Notes under the pieces: generated by a model
Told to the model about the DNA's origin: nothing
Seen by the model: only the letters and a program-made list of their open reading frames with translations
Databases searched by the model: none
NCBI GenBank assembly: GCA_034433695.1
Contig: DAOUAK010000007.1
Coordinates: 498 to 64,497, forward strand
Length of the DNA: 64,000 nucleotides
Direction: 5' to 3'
Origin: Chloroflexia bacterium
GTDB lineage: Bacteria > Chloroflexota > Chloroflexia > DTKN01
Shown: piece after piece, positions 1-10,211 of the stretch
Layout of the letters: every line of letters begins with the position of its first letter
How positions within the stretch are numbered: the stretch's first letter is position 1
Translations under genes and position numbers: made by a program

Positions 1-4
1 GCCC

Positions 5-2877
<2,873 letters not shown>

Positions 2878-2881
<4 letters not shown>

Positions 2882-2907
2882 CGCCCCCGCCGGTGGTGGT
2901 GTACAAT
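2878..2907 (+). promoter_or_regulatory. sigma70-like promoter TTGACG-18-TACAAT overlapping the uvrA stop; likely drives the GT2/flippase-like operon
   Basis: TTGACG at 2878-2883 and TACAAT at 2902-2907. An AAGGAG RBS at 2937-2942 precedes TTG 2949. The spacer/-10 region shares a 19-mer with the promoter at 10144-10172. Confidence 0.5.
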
Positions 2908-2948
2908 GCCCCCGGCGAGTGGCCGGAATCTCGCCCAAGGAGAAGCCG

Positions 2949-3839
2949 TTGGCCGAAAGTCGTGTCGCCACGCCGGAGGTGAGCGTCGTCCTTCCGGCCC
3001 ATAACGAGGCCGGCCGGGTGGGCGCCGTGGTGAAGGCCATCCGCCGGAACTATCCGGAGGCGGAGATTCTGGTGGTGGATGACGCCTCCACCGACGCCAC
3101 CGCCGACGAAGCCCGGTCCGCCGGGGCCATCGTCCTCCGCCACCCCTATAACAAGGGCAATGGCGCCGCCGTCAAGACGGGCCTGCGCCAGGCCCGCGGC
3201 CGCCTGATCGTGCTGATGGACGCCGATGGCCAGCACGATCCGGACGACATTCCCCGCCTCCTGGAGCCGCTGGCGGAGTACGATCTGGTCGTCGGGGCCC
3301 GCCACCCGGCTTCCCAGTCCTCCTTTCTGCGTCGCCTGGGCAACGGCTTCTTCAACGCCCTGGCCACGTACCTCACCGGCCGGCCCATCCCCGACCTGAC
3401 CAGCGGCTTCCGCGCCGCCCGCCGGGAAGCGCTTTTAGAGTTCCTCCACCTCCTGCCCAACGGCTACTCTTACCCCACGACGACCACGCTGGCCTTTCTC
3501 AAGGCCGGCTACAGCGTGGCCTTTGTCCCGATCCGCTCGGCCCGGCGCGAGGGGGGAAAGAGCGGCATCCGCCTCCTCCGCGACGGCATCCGCTTCATCC
3601 TCATTATCCTGCGCATCGCCACCCTCTTTTCGCCGCTCAGGGTCTTTCTGCCGGTCAGCGCCGGCCTCTTTGTCCTGAGTTGCCTTTCGGCCGGCTACAC
3701 CATCTTGACCGAGGCCCGGCTCCATATTCCCAACTCGGCCGTCCTCCTCTTCACGATGAGCGTCATCGTCTTCCTGATCGGGCTGGTCTCGGAACAGATC
3801 GCCCTGCTACGCTTCGAGCGGCGGGAGCATCGGCCGTAG
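2949..3839 (+). CDS. GT2 polyprenyl-phosphate glycosyltransferase (ArnC/GtrB/DPM1-like) with C-terminal TM helices
   Basis: Motifs VVLPAHNEAGR, VVDDASTD, DADGQHDP; C-terminal hydrophobic segments. The long 2763 ORF overlaps uvrA. In-frame TTG at 2949 is 6 nt after AAGGAG, so it is the likely start. Confidence 0.8.
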   Translation: MAESRVATPEVSVVLPAHNEAGRVGAVVKAIRRNYPEAEILVVDDASTDATADEARSAGAIVLRHPYNKGNGAAVKTGLRQARGRLIVLMDADGQHDPDDIPRLLEPLAEYDLVVGARHPASQSSFLRRLGNGFFNALATYLTGRPIPDLTSGFRAARREALLEFLHLLPNGYSYPTTTTLAFLKAGYSVAFVPIRSARREGGKSGIRLLRDGIRFILIILRIATLFSPLRVFLPVSAGLFVLSCLSAGYTILTEARLHIPNSAVLLFTMSVIVFLIGLVSEQIALLRFERREHRP

Positions 3840-3855
3840 CGACGAGGGAGGTAAC

Positions 3856-4872
3856 TTGGGCAAACGGTGGCAGCGGTGGGGTGGTCTCGCACTGCGCTGG
3901 GCCCTCCGGCTTCTCGGACCGGCCCTCCTGGTCTATATCCTCTGGAGCAACCGCGACGAACTGACCCTGGCCGGGGAAACGCTGCGTCGGGTGCAGTGGT
4001 TCCCCTTGGTGCTGGCCTTTGTGCTGGTCTTTCCCTTTGTCCTGCTCAAGGGCTGGCGCTGGCAGGTCATCCTGAAGGACCTGGGGCAGGACGTCCCCTG
4101 GAAGCGGCTTACCTTCTACTATGCCCTGGGCATCTTCCTGGGCGCCGCCGTGCCGGGGCAGGCCGGCGATTTCCTGAAAGCCTGGTACCTCAAGGAGGAC
4201 GGCTATGACCTGGGGGCCGCCTTCCTGAGCACGGTGGTGGACCGGCTGTTCGATATGCTCATGATGGGCCTCCTGGCCCTGAGCGGGCTATACATCCTCC
4301 TGCGCCTGGCCTCGGCCCCGACGCTCCTCCTCGTCCTGGGCCTCATGCTGGCCGGCATCGTCCTCTTCCTGAGCCTCCTCCTGGACCGGCGCTGGCGCAA
4401 CTGGTTGATCGAACGGGTGCTGCGTTATATCATCCCGGCGGCGGTGCGGCGCGTCCTGCGCGAATACAACGTCCGGGCCTACCTGGATCACTTTTTCCTG
4501 AGTTGGCGGAACGTAGCCCTGGGGACGGCCATCTCCCTCCTCTCTTTCTCTACTACTTTTTTCCGCCTGTGGCTGCTCATCCCGGCGCTGGGGAAGACGC
4601 TACCGGTCGAAACCTTTGTCCCCACGATGGCCCTGATGGGGCTGGCCAGCCTCCTTTCGGTGGCCGGCCTGGGGACGCGGGAAAGCGTCCTCCTGGCCAT
4701 CCTGGGGATACCGGCCCTGACCTACCCGGCCGTCTGGTCGCGGGGGGAAATCCTCAGCCTCTCCGCCCTGATCCTCTGCCTGGGTCTGGAAAACCTGGTG
4801 CTCGGCCTGCCGCTCTACCTCCTGCGTCCGCTGGGGAATCGGGGCGAAACCTACAGAGGGGGGACGTTCTAA
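3856..4872 (+). CDS. flippase-like / lysylphosphatidylglycerol-synthase-TM-like polytopic membrane protein (UPF0104-like)
   Basis: 338 aa with about 8 hydrophobic helices. Contains a PGQAGDFLKAWYL-type motif typical of flippase-like domain proteins that pair with DPM1-like GT2 genes. Starts 17 nt after the GT2 stop. Confidence 0.65.
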   Translation: MGKRWQRWGGLALRWALRLLGPALLVYILWSNRDELTLAGETLRRVQWFPLVLAFVLVFPFVLLKGWRWQVILKDLGQDVPWKRLTFYYALGIFLGAAVPGQAGDFLKAWYLKEDGYDLGAAFLSTVVDRLFDMLMMGLLALSGLYILLRLASAPTLLLVLGLMLAGIVLFLSLLLDRRWRNWLIERVLRYIIPAAVRRVLREYNVRAYLDHFFLSWRNVALGTAISLLSFSTTFFRLWLLIPALGKTLPVETFVPTMALMGLASLLSVAGLGTRESVLLAILGIPALTYPAVWSRGEILSLSALILCLGLENLVLGLPLYLLRPLGNRGETYRGGTF

Positions 4873-5891
4873 CGTTCAACGACGGTCAGGGAATCCCCTG
4901 CCCGTCGGGCAATCTCCCGGCGCAGGCGTAGCGTGCTCCAGGGGGAAAGGGGCGGGGAGAGGAGGCGGGTCAGTTCCCGGAGCGACACCTGACGCAGGCG
5001 CTGGACGGCCCGGCGCTCCGGTCGGAGCGAGGGCAGCATCCGGAATGCGGCCAGCCGGCCACGCCAGATTTCATGCTTCCCACTCACGACTCCGTAGGCA
5101 CATGCGGCCAGGTCATAGGCCAGAATCAGGGGAGCGTAGCGCAGCCACAGGCCGGCCGGCAGGTTCAGGTACAGCACCAGCCAGCGGTTGCGGGCCAGGT
5201 AAAAGGCCTTGAAGGGAGAATCCTCCCCGCCGGTAGCCGAGTAGATGTGGCGGACGATGGCTCCAGGGGAGAGGAGGCACCTCCACCCGGCCAGCCGGGC
5301 CCGCCAGGCCAGGTCCACATCCTCCAGGTAGGCGAAGAATTCGGGACGGAAAAGCCCCACCTGCTCCAGCATGGCCCGACGCAGAAGGGCCGCCCCACCG
5401 CTGGGGCCGAAGATTTCCTGCGGTCTATCCGGCAGTTCCTCCCGCCGCCGGCCGAGCCAGAGGTCCAGCGCCACTCCATCCCACTGCATCCGGATGCCGG
5501 CCGAGGCCACAAACTCCGGCCAGCGGGCGAAGACGAGCACCCCCCCCACCATGCCCACGCGCTCGTCCTGCCCGGCCGTTTCCACGAGCGCCTCCAGAAA
5601 ACGGGGTTCGGCCTGGGTATCGTTGTTCAGGAGGACGAGGAGATCTCCCCGGGCCGCCGCGATTCCGGAATTTACGCCCTCGGCAAAGCCCAGGTTGCGC
5701 GAATGGACGAGCAGGCGCACTTTGGGAAAATGCTCGGCCACCCATTGGGGCGAGCCGTCGGTGGAGGCGTTGTCCACCAGGATGGTCTCAAAGGCGGGGA
5801 AAGTCTGCCGGGAGAGTGCTTCCAGGCAGGGGCCAAGGAAAGGCCGGCCGTTCCAGTTGACGATGATGACCGAGCAGCAGGGGGAACTCAC
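4869..5891 (-). CDS. GT2 family glycosyltransferase
   Basis: Sits in the C-terminal part of the 700-aa ORF. Motifs SVIIVNWNG, VDNASTDGS, LNNDT, YLEDVDLAWR. GTG start at 5891 overlaps the M20 stop (GTGA). The region upstream of that in the same frame is a GC-rich spurious extension. Confidence 0.8.
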   Translation of the reverse strand: MSSPCCSVIIVNWNGRPFLGPCLEALSRQTFPAFETILVDNASTDGSPQWVAEHFPKVRLLVHSRNLGFAEGVNSGIAAARGDLLVLLNNDTQAEPRFLEALVETAGQDERVGMVGGVLVFARWPEFVASAGIRMQWDGVALDLWLGRRREELPDRPQEIFGPSGGAALLRRAMLEQVGLFRPEFFAYLEDVDLAWRARLAGWRCLLSPGAIVRHIYSATGGEDSPFKAFYLARNRWLVLYLNLPAGLWLRYAPLILAYDLAACAYGVVSGKHEIWRGRLAAFRMLPSLRPERRAVQRLRQVSLRELTRLLSPPLSPWSTLRLRREIARRAGDSLTVVER

Positions 5892-7246
5892 TCCGGCAGG
5901 CCCTCCGCCAGGTGGCCCAGCAAGACGGCGACGTGGACGATGCCCCGCTCCAGGTCGCCCAGGCGCACGTTCTCGTTCGCCCCGTGAACCTGGGAACCGG
6001 GATGGCCGATGCCCAGCCCGACCACCGGCATTCCCAATCCCTGCCCAAAGAAAAAGATCGGCCCGGAGCCGCCGGCGATGGGGAAAACGGCCGGGTTTTT
6101 CCCAAAGGCCCGTCGGGTGGCCTCCACCACGGCGCGGACGAAGGGGGCTTCGGGGGGCGTGCGGAAGGGCTGGAGCGGGGAACCCAGCACCCGAATCTGG
6201 ATGTCCCCAAAACCCTCTCGGTCCAGGTAGCAGCGTAGTTGCTCCAGCACTTCCTCCGGACGCTGCCGGGGCACCAGCCGAAAGTCCAGCCGGGCCCGGG
6301 CCGTTGCCGGTATGATGGTCCGTTCGCCCTCCCCCGTGTGTCCGCCGGCCAGGCCCGAGATGTTGCAGGTGGGGGAGTAGAACTGGCAGAGGAGAAGGGT
6401 ACTCCCGGACATCCCCTGCAGGAAAGACGGCACCTTCCAGGACTCCAGGTAATCCTTCTCCGGGAAAGGAAGCCGACGGGACTTGCGGATCTCCTCGTGG
6501 CCGGGGCCCTCCACCGCGTCGTAGAAGCCGTCTATGAGGATCTCCTCGTCCGGGCTTTTCAACCGGGAGAGGGCCCAGACCAACCGCCAGGCCGGGTTGG
6601 GGGCGATGGTGGCCCAGCCGGAGTGTAGTTCGGTGGTGGCGCCCCGCACCTCCAGTTCCACGCTGAGGAGTCCCTTCATCCCCAGGTAGAGGTGGGGCCG
6701 GCCGTCGCTGCTTACGCTCCCGCTTTCCCAGATGCAACCATCGGCCCGCAGGCGTTCGGCGTGGCCCAGGACGAACTCGGCCAGATGGGGGCTGCCCACT
6801 TCCTCCTCCCCTTCCACCAGGAAGCGCACCCCCACCGGGAGGCCGCCCTCCAGTTCCTGCCAGGCACGCAGGGCCCACAGGCGGGCCAGAAGCGTCCCCT
6901 TGTTGTCCACCGCCCCCCGGGCGTAGAGGCGGCGGCGGTACAGGCACGGCGCAAAGGGGGGAAAGCGCCACTCGCGCTCGTCGCCGGCCGGCTGCACATC
7001 ATAGTGGTCGTAGAAGAGGACGGTCGGCCGGCCCGGAAGTAGCCGCTCGGCCACGACCACCGGCGGTCCGCCGGCAGAGAGGAGTTGCACCTCCAGTCCG
7101 CAATCCTCCAGCGCACGGGCTACCCAGTCGGCGGCCGCCTTCAGATCTTCCGGCCGGCCGGCCATGCCGGGGATGGCACAGAGGCATCGCAGGTCTTCCA
7201 CCACCTCGGGCAGGTGTTTTCGGGCAAAATCTCGAAAGCGTTGCAT
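5888..7246 (-). CDS. M20 family metallopeptidase (ArgE/DapE/dipeptidase-like)
   Basis: Motifs YDHYDVQPA, GAVDNKG, EGEEEVGS, GIGHPGSQVHGANE. Likely ATG at 7246 is 7 nt after AAAGGAG; the ORF extends in frame to GTG at 7273. Confidence 0.8.
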   Translation of the reverse strand: MQRFRDFARKHLPEVVEDLRCLCAIPGMAGRPEDLKAAADWVARALEDCGLEVQLLSAGGPPVVVAERLLPGRPTVLFYDHYDVQPAGDEREWRFPPFAPCLYRRRLYARGAVDNKGTLLARLWALRAWQELEGGLPVGVRFLVEGEEEVGSPHLAEFVLGHAERLRADGCIWESGSVSSDGRPHLYLGMKGLLSVELEVRGATTELHSGWATIAPNPAWRLVWALSRLKSPDEEILIDGFYDAVEGPGHEEIRKSRRLPFPEKDYLESWKVPSFLQGMSGSTLLLCQFYSPTCNISGLAGGHTGEGERTIIPATARARLDFRLVPRQRPEEVLEQLRCYLDREGFGDIQIRVLGSPLQPFRTPPEAPFVRAVVEATRRAFGKNPAVFPIAGGSGPIFFFGQGLGMPVVGLGIGHPGSQVHGANENVRLGDLERGIVHVAVLLGHLAEGLPE

Positions 7247-7273
7247 GGCTGTGCTCCTTTCAGAACCCGGCAC

Positions 7274-7759
7274 CTAGCGGGCGGCCGGAGGGATGTCCGG
7301 CCCCTCCCTCTGACGTTCGCGCAGGCTGCGTAAAAGCTGCGTCCGGATGATCTCACGCTCACGACGGGCCCGCCGCTCCTCCGGGGTGCGATCGAGGACC
7401 ATCTGCACCGTCTTCACCAGGGCTATCGGGCTGAACGGCTTGGTGATATACTCGTCGGCTCCCAGTTGCCATCCCTGGATGATGTCGGAATCCTGCACCA
7501 GGGCCGTGAGCACAACCACCGGGATATCCTGAAAAGCCTTGTTCTGGCGCAGACGACGCAAAACCTCCCAGCCGTCCAGCCCCGGGCCCAACATAATGTC
7601 CAGAATGACGAGGTCCGGCTGTTCCTCGGCCACCCGCTCAAGGGCTTCCTGGCCGCTGGTGGCGGTGATCACTTCGTGGTTTTCCAGCCGCAGGTTGACC
7701 TCGATCAACTTGAGGATGGGGTGTTCGTCTTCAACGACCAGAATTCGGCTCATGTCCAT
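7274..7759 (-). CDS. single-domain response regulator (REC)
   Basis: ILVVEDE, DLVILDIML, DGWEVL and TKPF motifs in 161 aa. Its stop abuts the start of the M20 gene. Confidence 0.85.
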   Translation of the reverse strand: MDMSRILVVEDEHPILKLIEVNLRLENHEVITATSGQEALERVAEEQPDLVILDIMLGPGLDGWEVLRRLRQNKAFQDIPVVVLTALVQDSDIIQGWQLGADEYITKPFSPIALVKTVQMVLDRTPEERRARREREIIRTQLLRSLRERQREGPDIPPAAR

Positions 7760-9134
7760 CTCCTGTCGCGGATGGGGAGGGTGGGCAACGGGCGATCAGG
7801 TCCTCTACGCAGGCAGAAAACTGCTTCAGGGAGAACGGCTTCAGGAGAAAGGCATCAATATGTAGCCGGAAGGCGCGTTCCTCATCTTCGGCATCGGTGG
7901 AGAGAAGAAGGATGGGCTGGTGCCGGAGTTCCGGGATGGCCCGCAACTGTCGGCAGAGGTCCCAGGCGGAGCCGTCTTCCTGCCAGGCATCCAGGATAAT
8001 GAGCGAGGGGACAGAGGAGCGGACGGAAGACAGCAGTTCGCCCCCGGTGAAATAGAGGTGCACCCGCCGGCCGGCCCGCTCCAGATGCATCCGCAGGAGT
8101 TGCAGGAGGTCTCGCTCGGCCCCGGCAATGACCACCTCGCAGGGCCATGGGCGCCCCCGTCGTTCCATCTCCGGGGACAGGGGGCGAGCGGGAGGAACGC
8201 GCCGGTCCACGACATAGGTGCTCCCCGGCATCCGCTTGGCCAGGTGTTTCATCTCCGCCGCCAGTCGGCCCATCTCGTCCAGGCTGGAAAAAGCACGGCG
8301 GACGTTGGTCACCACGCCGATGGAGATGGTCATCAGAGGAAAGCGATGGGGCACCCCATGCCGGTCATAGCCCCGCAGATAACCCTGTTCCAGGTCGGAC
8401 GGGTCGTAGAGGGCGGGGATGGCGGCATCGAAACGTTCGGTCAGGGTTTTGCAGATCGCTTCCACCTGTTCCGGCCGGGCGATAATGGCGAAATCGTCCC
8501 CACCGATATGGCCGATGAAATCGTCCGGCGTGCCTTTCTCGGCCACCGCCTCCTGGATCAGGCGGGCCAGCAGGCGGATGGCCTCATCGCCGCGTACAAA
8601 GCCGTAGGCGTCGTTGAAAGCCTTGAAGTTGTCCATATCCACGTAAAGCAAGGCCAGAGGTGCCCCGCTCTGAAGGCGGTAACGCAACTCTTCTTCCAAC
8701 AGGCGGTTGCCCGGAAGTCCGGTCAGCGGGCTGCGCACCGGAATCTCCCTGGCCCGCCGCAGGAGGGCACGGATGCGGGCCAGGAGTTCGTCCAGGTCGA
8801 AAGGTTTGGTCACATAGTCGTCGGCCCCGCTTTCAAATCCGGAGAGTTTGTCCCCCAGCGCCGAACGGGAAGTCAGCATAAGGATGGGTACGTGGCCGAT
8901 GCGGGTATCGTTGCGCAGTTGCCGACAGACCTCGAAGCCGTCCATCTGCGGCATCATCACGTCTACCAGAATGACGTCCGGCACGCTCTCCTGGGCCATC
9001 GAGATGGCTTCGGCCCCGTTCCCGGCCAGGGCTACGCGGTATCCGGCCTTCTCCAGGAAGAGGCGCAAAAGTTCCCGAACTTTCGGATCGTCGTCGGCAA
9101 CGAGGATGGTGGCCTTTTCGGTTTCCATCTTCAA
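7731..9134 (-). CDS. response regulator with REC, GGDEF-like domain (degenerate GGDDF) and a C-terminal receiver-like domain
   Basis: N-terminal REC (VADDD, ILVDVMMP, DGFE, TKPF). GGDEF fold region (LTGLPGNR, LLYVDMDNFKAFND, RGDEAI, GGDDF). C-terminal REC-like segment with ILDAW but a weak acidic pocket. Start overlaps the PfkB stop (TTGA). Confidence 0.8.
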   Translation of the reverse strand: MKMETEKATILVADDDPKVRELLRLFLEKAGYRVALAGNGAEAISMAQESVPDVILVDVMMPQMDGFEVCRQLRNDTRIGHVPILMLTSRSALGDKLSGFESGADDYVTKPFDLDELLARIRALLRRAREIPVRSPLTGLPGNRLLEEELRYRLQSGAPLALLYVDMDNFKAFNDAYGFVRGDEAIRLLARLIQEAVAEKGTPDDFIGHIGGDDFAIIARPEQVEAICKTLTERFDAAIPALYDPSDLEQGYLRGYDRHGVPHRFPLMTISIGVVTNVRRAFSSLDEMGRLAAEMKHLAKRMPGSTYVVDRRVPPARPLSPEMERRGRPWPCEVVIAGAERDLLQLLRMHLERAGRRVHLYFTGGELLSSVRSSVPSLIILDAWQEDGSAWDLCRQLRAIPELRHQPILLLSTDAEDEERAFRLHIDAFLLKPFSLKQFSACVEDLIARCPPSPSATGDGHEPNSGR

Positions 9135-10072
9135 CTCACCAACCGCTGGTAGAGCAGTTCCAGGCAGAGGTCGCTGCGCACCGTCTCCAGCGATTGGGCG
9201 GTCAACGCGGCGGCCGAGACGCCCAACCAGACCGCCTCGTCCAGGGGGAAATGGTTGACCAGGCCGTAGATGATGGCCGCGGTCTGGGCATCGGCCGCTC
9301 CGGTCGGGTCCACGACATCGGCGCGCACGGTCGGGATGTAGCCGTTTTGTTCCCGGCTGGCATAGGCCACCCCCTGCTGCCCCAGGGAGATGACCACCAC
9401 CTTCACGCCGGCGGAAACGAGTTGTCGGGCAGCATCGGCCGCTTCCCGGGAGGAGGAGATGGTCAGTCCGGTCAGTGCCTCGGCCTCCACCGCTCCGGCC
9501 GTCAGGAGGTCAATATGCTCCAGATGGTCCCGGTAACGGCGGGCCAGTTCAAAGGAGACCGGATCCAGGCAAAAGGGCACTCCGTACTTCTGGGCCAGGC
9601 GCATGGCCGTCTCGACGGCCGGCCTGGGGGTATTGGCGTCCACCACCACCATACGGGCCTGGCGGAAAAGCCGCCGGCGGTCGTAGATGTAGCGCGGAGT
9701 CAGTTCGGACAGGATGGCCGTATCGTCCACGGCAGCGGAGAGGTTTCCTTCGCCGTCGACCAGGGCCACATAGGAGGCCGTGCGTCCGTCGCGCAGGAAA
9801 AGCACCTGGCTCACATCCACCCCGGTGCGGCCGGTATGTTTGACGACCTGATGGCCGAAGGGGTCGCGGGCCACCACCGTCAGGAGGGCGGTGCGCAATC
9901 CCAGGCGGGCCAGGTTCTCGGCGATATTGCGGGCTACCCCTCCCACGGTGATACGTACCCGGCCCGGATTGGAGGTGGACGGGTGAATCCGGCCGGCCAC
10001 ATGCCCCTTGATGTCCAGGCAGGCCGCCCCGATGACCACGATTTCGGGATTCCATGGGTCCATCGCCGCCAT
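9131..10072 (-). CDS. PfkB family carbohydrate/nucleoside kinase (ribokinase-like)
   Basis: 313 aa. Motifs VVIGAACLDIKG, GGVARNIAENLARLG, DPTGAADAQ, and a GAGD-type anion hole at the C-terminus. Confidence 0.85.
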   Translation of the reverse strand: MAAMDPWNPEIVVIGAACLDIKGHVAGRIHPSTSNPGRVRITVGGVARNIAENLARLGLRTALLTVVARDPFGHQVVKHTGRTGVDVSQVLFLRDGRTASYVALVDGEGNLSAAVDDTAILSELTPRYIYDRRRLFRQARMVVVDANTPRPAVETAMRLAQKYGVPFCLDPVSFELARRYRDHLEHIDLLTAGAVEAEALTGLTISSSREAADAARQLVSAGVKVVVISLGQQGVAYASREQNGYIPTVRADVVDPTGAADAQTAAIIYGLVNHFPLDEAVWLGVSAAALTAQSLETVRSDLCLELLYQRLVS

Positions 10073-10083
10073 CCTCCTCCTGC

Positions 10084-10111
10084 ATTATACCACAGGAAGC
10101 GCCAGACGCAA
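10084..10111 (-). promoter_or_regulatory. promoter TTGCGT-16-TATAAT (minus strand) for the PfkB/REC/M20/GT2 operon
   Basis: Minus-strand read is TTGCGTCTGGCGCTTCCTGTGGTATAAT followed by GCAGGAGGAGG and ATGGCGGCGATGG, the PfkB kinase start. Extended -10 is TGgTATAAT. Confidence 0.55.
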
Positions 10112-10143
10112 CGGCGAACGAACCCGGCATCCCCTAGCGAGGT

Positions 10144-10172
10144 TTGCGCAAGGTCCGGTGATGGTGTACAAT
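10144..10172 (+). promoter_or_regulatory. promoter TTGCGC-17-TACAAT for the NTPase-kinase cassette
   Basis: TTGCGC at 10144-10149 and TACAAT at 10167-10172. It shares the 19-mer CCGGTG(R)TGGTGTACAATG with the promoter at 2885-2908. The implied transcription start of about 10180 favours TTG 10212 as the translation start. Confidence 0.5.
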
Positions 10173-10211
10173 GAATTTATCTATAGCCGTGGTTGGTGGA
10201 GGCCGGAAGCG

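Noticed and set aside
7731-9134. Calling the REC-GGDEF-REC protein an active diguanylate cyclase
   Set aside because: The signature reads GGDDF rather than GG[DE]EF. Activity cannot be asserted from sequence, so it is reported as GGDEF-like and degenerate.
10008-10160. Original 707-aa ORF start at 10008 for the NTPase-kinase gene
   Set aside because: It overlaps the divergent PfkB start and its promoter. The promoter and RBS geometry support a start at 10212 (or 10161).
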